From NCBI GenBank assembly GCA_050084515.1, contig CM114271.1, positions 35,340,001-35,404,000 of the forward strand: a stretch of 64,000 bases of DNA, in the 5' to 3' direction. Shown here in pieces: positions 13,858 through 26,700 of the stretch. The notes below the pieces were generated by a model, which was given only the letters and a program-made list of their open reading frames with translations, made no database searches and was not told the DNA's origin. Within the stretch, counting starts at the first letter, position 1, and every line of letters begins with the position of its first letter. The position numbers were made by a program, and so were the translations under genes. The stretch is from Blasia pusilla (lineage: Eukaryota).

Positions 13858-16330
13858 TTGGTGTACCTAAGATCCAAGATTGCTGATCGCGATGTGTTGT
13901 TGCTCGTGGATACAGGTGCTTCACACTCCTTCCTAAGCCCGAGAATCGTGAAGGAATTGGGGCTATCTACCTCTAAGGCGGACGAGCCCATTCGAGTGGG
14001 ATTTGCAGGAGGCAAGTCTCATCGGACTTCTGATTTGGTCTTGGGTTTGACAGTAGGATGCGGGGTATTCGAGTTGAAGGAGAATTTCACTGTATGCGAA
14101 ATGGACGGCATTGACGGAGTTTTGGGGAATACATTCCTAGATGCGTATGAGGTGGAGTTAAGACGCCGACCATTGAGGTTGAGCGTCTTGCTAAAAGGCA
14201 AACGGTTACAGGTGCGGTTGGTCCGTGAGGTTCCAGCAAAGATGGAGTTGATGAACTCGATCACAAGGAGGAGCATGACTGAGTTGGAGGATGGATTTCT
14301 CTGCTTGATGAGACAAGTGGAAGAGGCTACAAGCAGTATACGCAGAGATCAGGAGGCTGCTTCAAGGGGAATCCCAAAACCACTCCAGGAAGTGGTCAAG
14401 GAGTTTGAGGATGTCTTGACAAATGAGCTTCCGACTGAATTGCCACCGCATAGAGCCGTAGATCATAAGATAGAGATCATACCCGGTTCCCAACCGCCTT
14501 CAAAAGCACCATATAGGTTGAATCAGGAGGAACTTCTTGAGTTAAAAAAGCAGTTAAGTGAGCTCTTGGAAAAGGGTTACATTAGGACTAGCAAGTCACC
14601 TTATGGAGCACCTGTTCTCTTTGTAAAGAAGAAGGATGGAAAGATGAGGCTGTGTGTTGATTACCGTGCACCTTTGAACAAAGTGACGGTTCGAACAATT
14701 ATCCTCTTCAGGATAGATGATCTCTTTGATAGGGCGGCGCGAGATATTTCAATAGGATTGACTTGAAGTCGGATATTAGCAGATTGGGTCACGTGGTCGG
14801 TCTGAGATGGCGTCACCCGACATGGAAAAGGTAAAGCGATTTCGAGTGGGAACCCCATCCACTTTGTAAAGGGATGAGGAGGTTCATAGGTGCGGTGCAA
14901 TTTTATCGTATTTATGTACTTTTCGGGATTGTGAGACCTCTCACGGATTGGACAAACAAAGTTTGCCAACACGACTTGGACCAGGAAGTTAATGAGGCAT
15001 TCAATCGAGTGAAGCGATTCTATCGCAGAACGGTGTTAAAGTGCCGGAGTTTGACAAACCGTTCGAAGTGCATACCGATGCTAGTGATTTTGCGGTTGCA
15101 GGAATGTTGGTGCAAGGAGGGAGACCGGTGGCATATGAGAGCAAGAAGCTTAGCGACACTGAAAGGAGATGGCCTACTCACGAGAAAGAGTTGTTCGCGG
15201 TGGTACATTGCTTGAGGAAGTGGCGGCATTATCTAGGGCTCCACAGGACTCGAGTATTCACCGATAATATATCACTCAAGTATTTTGAGACCCAGGATCG
15301 AGTGACACCGAAAAAACTGCGGTGGCATGATACCTTGGCGCTGATGGATGTAGAGTTGATCCACAAGCCAGGTAAAGATAATGTGATTTCAGATGCGTTA
15401 AGTCGCAAGGAGGAACACATGCCATCGACGACACAGGTCTTGAGAGCAATGTTCCCTAAGGAAACAAATCTGGAGAGAAGGATTCGTGAAGGATATATGA
15501 AGGATGCTCAAGCAGGGGAATACCTAAGGAAGTTGAAGCAGGGTGAGAAGGTGGCCAACATAAGTTTGAGGCACGGTTTACTAAGGTTCAAACAGAGTAG
15601 GATCTATGTAGGGCAAGGCAGAATGCGAACCAAGGTGTTAGCGGAATGTCACGACGGGCCCTTGGAAGGACATAAAGGAGAGAAATCTACGCTAGCTGTT
15701 CTGTCGAAGCGGTTCTTTTGGCCCAACATGAAGGAGGATGTTGCTCAATATGTGAAGACTTGTGTGACCTGCCAAGCGAATAGAGTCTCTTATGATAAGA
15801 AACAGGGCTTGCTGCATCCCTTGCCAATCCCCAAAGGACCCTTGCAAAGTGTGAGTATGGATTTCATCACGAGTCTTCCGAAATCTGGGGGCTACAACGC
15901 TATACTTGTGATTGTTGATCGGTTTAGCAAGTTGGCGAGATTCGTGCCGGCGGTGGATTCGAACGGCGTATCGACGGTGCAACTATTCCTCGATAGCTGG
16001 TGGCGTGCTCATGGTTTGCCGAGGAGCATTGTTTCAGATCGGGATCAAAGTTTACCGGTGCTTTCGGAAGCACTTGTTGAAGGTTTAAGACCAAGCTGAG
16101 TTTCAAGACGGCTTTCCACCCCGATGCGGATGGGCCGGTGAAAAGGTAAACTCTATCGTGAATCGGATGCCTTGAGGAATTATGTCGGTCTTGATCAACG
16201 CGATTGGGTCAGTGGTTGAGCATGGCGGAATCTTTGCTACAACTTTCGACCAAGCATTTGCAATCGGAGAATCTCCGTTTCTCCTGGCAAATGGACGAGA
16301 GCCAAAAGGGCCTCTTGATCTAGCCCTTTC
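13858..16330 (+). pseudogene. Gypsy pol (PR, truncated RT, RNase H, integrase), disrupted
   Basis: [10 protein letters not shown] (PR). [30 protein letters not shown] (RT N-part; I could not find the YxDD core). VHTDASDFAV..EKELFAVVHCL..WRHYL (RH). H..GH..C..C, SMDFI, IVSDRD (IN). Confidence 0.9.
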
Positions 16331-19039
16331 GAAGGGTACTACATTGGCACGAACATGACAAGCGACGGCAGATCCCTGGACTAACCAGGAAGTCTGTTCC
16401 AAGTCTTGAAGGACTTGCCATGTGTTGGGAGCTAGGAACTAAGGAAGGTTGAGCTTGATGAGACGCCGAGTTGAGGACTCGGTGGGTTGGAACGCCGGTT
16501 GGCCAAACCCGACTAATGAGTGTGTGTTTGGGTGCAGATCGGCGATGAGTTCGTGACCTACTGAACGCACGCTTCCGCAACACTAAAGATTGACGTTCAA
16601 GGAGAGTAGGGGCGCGATAGAAATGGACATGTCCACGGACATGCCGTGCAGGTATCCACGGCCGAGCGCATCCCTGAGCCTGTCGCCTAGACCCGGCCAT
16701 GTTGGCCAAGCCCACACTCGTTTTGTGGCCCACATGCAAACTACAGCCAGACCTGTAGGGTGGGCCTGACGATTGCGAGCCAGATGTACCCGGCTTCGGA
16801 CGAAGTTGTCTGTATAGATCAACACAGACATGTGTCCGTCCCTAAGAAGGACACGTACTTTGTAAGTAGGATGCAACCCTTCTTGCATCCTACTCTTGTG
16901 GGATGGGAGCTCTTCTCAAGTCCCGCTTGATGTTTAGTCTTGTATTGTTGAGTGATGGCCTTTATCATTTGAGAAGCCCATCAAGGCTTGCTTCTCACTT
17001 CTGCAACTCATGTCTCTTTTGAGAGACTCCAATACGCTTCCGTCCTGGTGTGAGCCTACTAGAGTTCTAATGTTCTGCGTTGGTGCGTGTTTGGTTATCT
17101 CGTGTCTTTTAGTATAGATCAACAAGTTTATGGTAGAGCATCTTTGACGATAGTGGTGGACAACCTAAAGAGGTCGAGGATGATGTCACGTCTTTTAGGA
17201 TAGATCGGTGAGATCTAGTAGAGCGCCTTCGTGAGTAGTGGATGACATGCCCAGTAGGTTGTGGATGACGTGTTGAGGCCCTGGGAAACCTGAGAGAGCA
17301 GGTTTAGGGTTCCCCTAAACGAAGCGGGAACCTGCTCTCTCAGGTTTCCCTTCGTTTCGGCTCATTTAGAGCCATATTGAGAAACTTACTATTTTAGGTA
17401 AGTACCATTTTGAGTATATGATCGACTTTCTTTTTTTGGTAAGTGGCTCTTGACCTCCTAAATCAGGTCAAGAGCCAAGGAGGTGACTTGGGAGAATAGG
17501 TTACCATGGAGAGAGGTTGGGAGAGGGGAGGGGTATACCTCAAGGAGAGAGAGTTTGAGAGCTCATTCTCTCTTTATTGAACCTGTTGGCATGAGGTGGC
17601 GGAGCTATGGTCCCTTGCCTTGTGAGTGTAACCCAATCCTCTCATTAGGAGAGTGGGCTTGGTTTGACATGAGAGAGAGAGTGCACACCTTTGAGAGCTA
17701 TGGTGTGAGATGGTGTAGAGAGAGATTGGATCTTACTTTACAAAGAGAGAATGAGAGAGTGAGAGAGCTTCATGGGGGAGCTTGCTGGTCACTCGCTGTA
17801 TTTGCAGGATGGGGACCGTGTTCCCCCTTCAACGGCTCATAGGAGTGCTCACCGAGCAAGGGCTGCTTTGATTGTTCTTTGCATTTTCTGATTTTTTGTG
17901 TGGAAGAGTGGCGTGCGGAAGCGCTGCCCAATTTCTGATAGGGATTGATTATGGGGGCGGGTTGCCCCATGCTAGTGCTCTCGGGAGCACCATGTAGCTT
18001 GCTGATTTTTTTTCTTACAGGTTTTACATTTTGGTTTGGAGAAATCAGCGCGGAAGCGCTCCCAAATTTTGTGTAGGAGAAAGAGACATTGGGCTTTACG
18101 ACAGTCCCCTTCAGTTTTTACTGGAATGTCCAATTCCAAATATTTTTTGACGCCGTCGTAGATCGTGAAGCTGTGCACGTTGTGCAACAAACGGTGCACA
18201 ATTTGGACTACGAGCAGAAAGTTATGGCCAATTTTGTAAATTTCCAATTTTAGGGTAAAAATCAAAACCCTAAAGCAGCAGCCGCCGTTGGCGGCGCTGT
18301 CACCGTCGCCGCCAGCCAGGCCATCAACCCGTCGGCCATGCCGTCAACCCTTCCCCAGGATGTCAACCCTTTGCCAAGCCCTTCAACCTGTCAACTGGCC
18401 CATTACCCGTCAAGCTGCCGTCAACCGACTGGAGTACTACTCTGGACGACGTGTGACCCAGTGATGTATGGGGTCCAAGTTTTCTAGCCGCATTTCTATG
18501 TTTTGAGTTGGTAGCCACTCCACAAAGATCGAGTACCGTGACGTGATGCCCGTAGCCGCAACGCGCCGCCAATTTCCGCGCTGTGCCGCTCGTGGCCGCA
18601 CCGCACTGTCTCGATCGCGGAGCCGCACCGTCATTGTGGAGCAGATTGTGTTTTGCTGGTTTGAGGAGTTTGTCTCCATGACCGAGTTGGGGTTGAGATT
18701 TTCAATTGCTGAGGAGCGACATCGACATGTGTTCAGGTTACCCATTGTGGTCCTTTATCCTGCATGCGTGAGGGATTTTGGGATTTGGGTAGTTTATTTG
18801 GGGATATTGGGTTTTGTGGATGCTAAGAGCATCATTTATGTATGTGGTTTAGGGGACATAGACCTATGTGGGATGTCTGGAGTTGAAGGTAGGTTGTCGA
18901 TGAGATGATAGCCTGGTCAATTTGCCGCACCACGCCGCTTGTTGCCGCACGTTACACGTCTCGGGGAGGGAGAGTTTCGAGGGTCTCCACGTGAGAGACC
19001 ACCTCGATCTCCTTCTGTGTCGTCTTCAGACAAGGGGGA

Positions 19040-21500
19040 GCGTGTAGAGGAGTGTGTTAGTGATCTACCGTACACATTGAGTGGTCCTACTAGTTGGGCA
19101 TACGAGATCGACGACCGGGGTAGGGGACCGCGTAGGTTTTCGGGTGCTGTAGGCACCATAGAGCTACACGACTTCATTGCGGAGTTTAGGAGTTGGTGTG
19201 ACTCACAGCGGGCTAGGAACTCTAGAGAGTTCAACCCGTTTCAGCATGGAACGGTATATTCCAACATTTAGAGGGGGCACCCATGGACGATTACCATGAG
19301 TTCTCCCACATATATGCCCAGGAGATTGAGGCATGGCGACTCTACTACGACCCACATTACGTGTCATGGACAGAGCCATTCCCAAATGAGGAGGAGGAGT
19401 AAGGAGAGGCTACTTCATCTTCCACTAGTGATGTGCTAGGAGGGGTGAGTCGGACTGGGGCAGTTGCATCGTCCAGTCGGGTTCGTCCTAGGTTCAACCC
19501 TGTGGTTGAGTTCTTTGCTAAGTTGAGGGTGAGCTACCATGGGGTAGGGACGGAGAAGTTGCGGAGCATCCACGACTTCCAGAGGCGCCTAGGTGAGAGT
19601 TTGCGTGAGGCTTACACTCGCTTCCGCCGGTTGATCAATGTCACTCAGGGGGTGACAGAGGCTCAGGCTATCCAGTCATGGTATGCTGGACCGGACCCTG
19701 CGGACACGGGTGCGGGAAGGGGTGCTTCTTATGAACACCTCCCCTACATTGAGAGATGTTTTTAGAACCGCCGAGAACATTGAGCGCAACATGGCGGATG
19801 AGAGCGTAGCCACCATGGGTTCTGGGCGAGACCAGTCGCGATTTTATGCACCATGTGAGCAGCAAGGTGGACTCCGAGATAGGTCGACTGTGGCACCACG
19901 AGCTCAGGGAGGATACCGGGAGGCCGTGCCAGAGAGACTTGCGCCTTCATATGCGACTCAGCAGCAGCCGCCTACTATTACTTGTTGGTCATGTGGTGGA
20001 GCCCATCATCAATGCGATTGCACTCGTCAGGGTCATGGACGTGTGCCTCAGCATGGAGGAAGAGATGGTGCTGCACTAGGAGGTTATCAGTGTGACTATT
20101 GTCAGAGGTATGGTCATACACGCGCCAGGTGTTTCAGTTTATATCCTGAGTTACGTCCGGACCGAGGGCCAGAGAGGGAACCAGAGGGAGTAGCTGGTCC
20201 GGGTGGGCTAGAGATCATGCTCCAAGTGGTCCCGTTGGGGGACGAGGAGCTGGAGTTGCCCGACACAATGGTGGAGCTGCCCATGGAGGAGGTAAAGTCC
20301 TACCACCTAGACGCGTCGAGGGAGATGTCGGGCGTGAGGCTAGGATGGCTGCTCAGATACATCAGCTACAGGACCAGATTGCCACTATGGCATTGAGATT
20401 ACCCGATGCCGGATCCGTGGCATCGACATCATATGGAGCAGCCAGAGATATGGAGGATCCTGGTTGGATGTGCGGGATTGCCCATATGGATGCAGCCGCA
20501 GTTGTGACGCGTGGAGCAACTGTAGAGTTGGATCCACGGGGGGAAGCCACGAAACAGACTAGGCTTCCTCAGTCTTTCACGTTTTCCGAGGCAATGAGGA
20601 CCCCATTGATGGGTCCTGATCAAAGTTCTGGAGAGTTGGTGATGTTGTTGGTGTGCAGGCACGGAGGGCGATGGGAGAAGCAAGTGCAACGACTCCTATT
20701 GTTGATGCTTAGGAGGGGCATTTGTTGAGCACGTTGTTGGGGGCCGCCACCATTGTGTACCGCGCTCCTTTATTTTCTGCTTCCTATGTTATGACGTTGG
20801 GGGGTCACCCGCCGAGGCTTTTCGGCTGGCCGCTACACTATGTGAGCGTGGAGTTGGAGTTCCTTCATCATGTTCAGAGGTGATTGCAGAGGAGGTGATG
20901 GACGTGCCCTTGAAGCGGATGCTCGGGCCGTCCACGTCAGATTCATGGCAGGCTGCGGCTACTAGGATGGCGGAGATGCCCGCTAGACCCGCGATAGAGC
21001 GTGCCATGGCTTCTCCTGGTGTTGTGTTCTTTGGATGGCGAGGAGAGGTCTTCGAGTTGGTGAGTCCCGGAGGTAGAGCTTTCAGTCCATAGCACGTCTT
21101 GTTGGATTCAGGAGCGCAACCCCTGATGTTGGGGAAAGCGTCATTTAGAGGATTGGGCTTGACGAGAGCCGATGTGGAGCGTTGTCCATTCTGGATGCAG
21201 ACATCCTTGGGTGGAGCAGTATATCACCCGACAGGAGGTCATGGTGAGGATTCGTCCAGGACATCCTACAGATGAGTCCGTGGTGCGAGCCAAGGCGATA
21301 GTGACTGATGCAGAGTCCTACGACGTCTTGGTTGGTGGAGTAGTGTTCTACCCGATGGATTTTTCCTGGATTACTGGGAAGAGTCAGCGTCCTATAGACC
21401 AAGATGGCAGTCATGTGATGGGCGCCTTAGCTCATTATCCGTTCGATTCACATGCGCACTGATCGAGCAATGGCCAGGAGAGATGGTGACCTTAGCAATA
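19040..21500 (+). pseudogene. E1 gag and protease, disrupted
   Basis: RRFSGAVGTIELHDFIAEF.SWCD, two zinc knuckles CWSCGGAHHQCDC and CDYCQRYGHTRARC, and protease VLLDSGAQPLM (~21096). Confidence 0.8.
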
Positions 21501-21806
21501 TTTAGCAATGCCATCACTTGGCCTAGTGATTTTATTGGGGTACATGTCCATGCACAGGATACTCCCGTTCCTCACATTTCTATGGAGAGGAGTGTCATGG
21601 TAGCCGTATCATTCCGTGGAGGAGAGGTGCCGTTGTAGGGCTTGATTGAGGAGGTTCGACGATTGGCAGATGAGCACGTGCAAACCGCGTGGAGCGAGGC
21701 GTTTGCACTAGAGCATGATGGGTCTGAGGAACCTGAGGTAGTAGGGAGTGCTACAATGACACCCTTGGATACCACACCCATTGTGTGGTGTATCCCAGAG
21801 GAGGGT

Positions 21807-23769
21807 ATTCGAGTGTTAGATCTCTTTGGAGGGATTAGCACCTAGTTAGCTGTTGTTTTGCAGGTAGGAGTGCAAGTATAGCTCGTATGAGGGTGAGTGC
21901 TTGGCTGCGGTGTGGGCTGTCGCGCATTTCAGATGTTACTTATTAGGCAATCCCTTTACCATCCTCATTGATCATCAACCACTGAAGTGGTTGATGGAGT
22001 CCGACAAGCTTACAGGGAAGCTTGCGAAATGGGCTCTGTTCTTGCAGGAGTATGATTTTCAGGTGGTACATAGACTTGGGATGCTCAACCAGGATGCATA
22101 TGGGTTGAGTCGTAACCCATGTTCGAGTCAGCGAGATGCAACTGGAGCTCGATGGCATGGAGAGAGTGATGAGGAGTTAGTGCCAGGATGGCACGCGTCA
22201 GCCTATTTAGGCATGTTGGCTATGGAGAGCCAGAGTGTGGAGACTTCGATGGCGAGGTCTAGTAGAGAGTCCTTGGATCCCGAGGCCAGTGAGGAGACGA
22301 CAGATGGCCGAGATATTCATGATGATGGAGTAGTGCGAGCGAGCACCGTGAGTGCTAGAGAGCGGGATCAGATCCTACAACGGGCCACACGATTCCGTTG
22401 GGAGGGGACACATGTTTTGAGGGTTTGGGAGGATGGCAGAGTACGCATAGTGCCGCATCCTTTGTAGAGAGCACGACTAGTGCAGCATGCCCATGAGGAG
22501 TTGGGTCACTTTGGGGTGAAGCGGACGTACAGCTTGCTCTAGATTCAGTATTGGTGGCGAGGCATATAGACTGACGTTCAGCAGTTTGTTGCTAGGTGCA
22601 TGGTGTGTGATCGGGTCCGAGCATCGTTCAATGCTCCGACTCCACAGTTGCATCCATTATTGATCATGGGCTTAGGGTATAGATGGATTTTGGATTTTGC
22701 AGGACCTTTGCCTTTGACGGAGCGTCACAGTCGTTATGTGTTGGTGATGATCGAGCACTTCTCGAAGTGGATCGAGTTGGTTGCATTGCCTAACAAAGCG
22801 AGTGAGGGAGTAGCTTATGCCTTCCTTGAGAGAGTGCTGAGTCATTATGGCGCATCGGTTGAGGTGTTGACAGTCCAGGGTACTGAGTTTTGCGGTGAGT
22901 TCCAGGCCTTGTGTGATCAGGCGTCGATCGACCATCGCACGACTTCGAGAGATCATCTCGAGGCGGATGGATTAGCGGAGAGAGTTATGTAGACGGTGAA
23001 GAGGGGTTTATGTAATTATGGCTTGCAGAGAGGTCACCTAGGAGATTGGGACCTACAGTTGCCCTGGTTGGCGATGGGATACAGATTCAGTAGGCAGACA
23101 TCCTTAGCATCTTTTTCACCGTACTTGCTACTTTATGGCCAAGAGCCAGATTTACCTACGGCCATTCATCGAGATGTTGGTGAGGTGCTGGACCATGATG
23201 ACCCAAATGTATGGATGCGAGCATGTTCTCAGAGGGCTGAGTTGTTTCAGAGATTGATGCCCATGGCGTTCGAGAACTTGGCGATTGCGCATCTATGAGA
23301 TACGTTGAGGTATGCGACTATTCGGGGTGGTGATTATCGACCAACTATCCGGAGGTTTCATCAGGGAGATTATGTCTACTTGTAGCAGACGGCACCGACG
23401 ACTTTGGATGTAAGAGCAGGGCGCACTATCCTGAGAGTGCGTGGCGTTTTGCCATCCGGTGTCCTCTTGCTGGAGGGACGCGATGGTATGGTATGGAAGG
23501 ACCATGTGCGTAATTATGCGCCATGTCACCTTCCTAACATTGATGGTACAGTAGATCCGAGCTTAGTAGTAGTTTCTGCAGGCTTGCATTGTATGTTGTG
23601 TGGTTCTGCCCATGGTGCGGCCACGATGCTAGTCTATGATGGATGTTCGAGAGGTTGGCATATGGCATGTCTGACGCCACCTCTCACTAGGATTCCCCAG
23701 GGACGATGGATGTCCCAAATGTACATAGAGGAGATACTAGGTAGGTTTCGATTCCGACTTTTTTTGTGA
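21807..23769 (+). pseudogene. E1 pol remnant: DNMT motif I joined by deletion to RNase H C-part, integrase and PHD finger
   Basis: IRVLDLFGGIST* is followed directly by YSSYEGECLAAVWAVAHFRCYL. IN: HEELGHFG..CMVC, LDFAGPLP, DGLAER. PHD: CMLC..YDGCSRGWHMACL.PPL...P.GRW. Confidence 0.85.
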
Positions 23770-26700
23770 CATGGATGACAGGAAGGCGACTAACGATGGG
23801 GCCACATGAGCACCCGACCTTCTTGCTCTTAGCGCCCCAGAGATGTATGTCATGGTAGGTAGGGATAGATGGCTATCTGGAGTTAGAGGGACCTAACCAC
23901 CAGCTAAGGGGGCGATTGGAGATATTTTAGCACTTCTTTTCTCGTTATTTGGATGTCATGAGTTAGCATGGGATCGTTTGTGTTTGTGTGTGTGTTCGGT
24001 GACAACAATGTATGTTGTGTAGCGATGTGTATGCGCACGACATCTATCACGTCTTATAGGATAGATCGGTGAGATCTAGTAGAGCGCCTTCATGAATAGT
24101 GGAAGACACGCCCAGTAGGTTGAGGATGACCTGCTGAGGCCCCGGGAAACCTGAGAGAGTAGGTTTCCCCTTCGTTTTGGCTCATTTGGAGCCACATTGA
24201 GAAACTTACTATTTGAGGTAAGTATCATTTTGAGTATATGATCGACTTTCTATTTTTGGTAAGTGGCCCTTGACCTCCTACATCAGGTCAAGAGCCAAGG
24301 AGGTGACTTGGGAGAATAGGTTATTATGGAGAGAGCTTGGGAGAGAGGAGGGGTATACCTCAAGGAGAGAGAGCTTGAGAGCTCATTCTCTCTTTGTTGA
24401 ACCTGTTGGCATGAGGCGGCGGAGTTATGGTCCCTTGCCTTGTGAATGTAACCCGAGCCTCTCATTAGGAGAGTGGGCTTGGTTTAACATGAGAGAGAAT
24501 GCACACCTTTGAGAGCTATGGTGTGAGATGGTGTAGAGAGAGATTGGATCTTACTTTAATTGGAGATATTTTAGTACTTCTGTGTCGTGTGTGTTTGTGT
24601 GTGTGTTTGGTGACAGCGATGTATGTTGTGTAGCGATGTGTATGCGCACGACAGTGATCTGCTAAGGCCTCGGGTAACCTAAGAAAGCATGACATCAATA
24701 TTTTTGCAACCCACCAAAATTCCCATTGAGAGCTTCACTTAGTTTCTCGACAGAAAATAAATTGGTTTGTTTTATGAGGTAGTGTTGTCATTGAGTTCAA
24801 TTTTTGCAATGGAAGCTCTCGATTGTTTCCAAAACATATTGACCTTTTCAAATCCATTTTGGAAATGTCTGAATTCAACCGGCCAACTCTATAAAGAAAC
24901 ATGATTATCTCCTATTTTTATCAACTTAAACAAAACATAACTTTATTATTAAGGAAAGATAGTTTTTGATTTGCAAACACCCATTTTTTTGACACATGGA
25001 AATGGGGCAGCAAGAATATGTTTAAATATCACATGGAATAAGAAATGAATTTTTGGATAGTATGATTATTAGTTTTGTGCAAAGCATCTATAGGAGTGTC
25101 AAGTGAGACACTATGATAAAAAAAAAAAAGAGGGGGTTTAGGGTTTAGCGCATGGGGGCTGCTCGACTTGCCCACGGAACATGCGATAGGTTGGATCTTT
25201 AAGACTCAACCCTAAGACTTCTATGTGCAAGACTCGAGATTGGGATCTATTCTCGGGTAAGTGAGAAAGAGTAGAGTTTGAACTCTACAACGTAGTAGTA
25301 TAGATGGAAATTTACAATTGAAAAATGAGATTAGAAATTGCATCTATTAAAAAATCCTCCTTAACTACGAAATATTGAACAATCATGGAGGACACTTCAT
25401 TCCCATATATGATGTATATGTTTAGGCGATGGATTTACCCTATCCAACAGCCATCAGAAACCAATTATGTTTCAAGTAAGCTCTAGCCCCAAACTTTCCA
25501 ATCCTATTTTTTACTTCATTTTTGGAATTCTCCCTCTTCATGGTTGCACAAAAATGGACAAGTAAGTCCTTGGGATAGACACGAACAGACAAATTTGGAC
25601 ATGTCCACGAATATGGATTGCAAGAGGTGGGGTCCACATTTATATCTTATGATGGAAGGTAGGCCAAAGGCGAGTGGGGTAATAAGGGGGGGAGGGAGTG
25701 GAGGTGGAGGAAGGAAGAAGCGGGAAAGTATGGAACATGAAGGAAAATGGAGGGAATGAGAAAGAAGGGGAAGATGGGATCGACATGGACAAGTCCTTCT
25801 ATAGCACGAACGTAAATCTACGGATACGGATATGTCTGCGCACCCGGACTTTGTCCATATTCAATCTTGTCCCTCTTTGACTACTTGACATAATTTCACA
25901 AAACTCAACCATTTGGTACATCTCAAACTTGGGACTTCATTTAAATATTTAGTTGGGATCACATGAATGTTTCAAATTATCCATTTTGTAGATAGGTAGA
26001 TAGTTTGTTTCTTTGTTTCTTTCTTTGTTTATGTAAAAGTCATATTTTTAGATTTTATTTTTACTTTCACTATTCATTTTTCTTGATGATAAATCTTTCA
26101 TTTTCATAACATATCCATACATACCATGTAAAAATTTTCAACCGAAATGGTCATGGTGGTAGTAGGCTACTAGGCTTTCATATTTCACAAAGGAGAATTA
26201 GATTTATAGCCATTAGAATTCAAGATAAACTTTTTTGGTTCTCTTTCAACTACAAAGTGATCATGAATCTTTAGATATGTCCCAAATTTGGATGGATGAT
26301 AATGACTTGTCCGTTTTTGTGCAACCATGCACATGGCATGACCATACAATTTTCAAGAACTTGGAATGATTATGGTCATGATAGTATTAGGAATATCATA
26401 CTTCATAAATTAGAGATAGACTTGACATTTAATTTCGAGGAAAAGACCATTTTTTGGACTTTCAAGATGTCACATCTGAGTAGCCGATAGGCCGAGATCT
26501 ATCGTGGATAGGGCGTAGGAGCCAGCGGACTATCTTGAGTGTAACTTTGTCCCACGGTGTCGGATGAGGTTGAGGATAGGTCCATTGTGTCAGGAACGTC
26601 GTTTCTGACAACTTTCATGTTGAGGTCTTTTACATCCGGGTGACTTGTTGACCAGGTCACCCGCCCTTGGTAACCTGTGAGCGTAGGTTACCAAGGGAAG

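Larger units (their letters stand above)
11717..16619 (+). mobile_element. Ty3/gypsy (chromovirus-like) LTR retrotransposon, internally deleted, TSD GAAAT
   Basis: 5' LTR 11717-12583 (TGTTGCG...CGCGACA). The 3' end reads ...GCGCGATA at 16619. GAAAT lies at 11712-11716 and 16620-16624. Domain order gag-PR-RT-RH-IN. Confidence 0.92.
17184..24653 (+). mobile_element. E1: Ty3/gypsy-like element with split terminal repeats (A-int-B-A-B), DNMT remnant and IN-PHD; RT deleted
   Basis: A1 17184-17740 matches A2 24045-24558, and B1 23915-24042 matches B2 24559-24653. Outer ends are TGTCAC...CACGACA. Flanks ATGA/GTGA form a 4-bp TSD with one transition. Confidence 0.9.
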
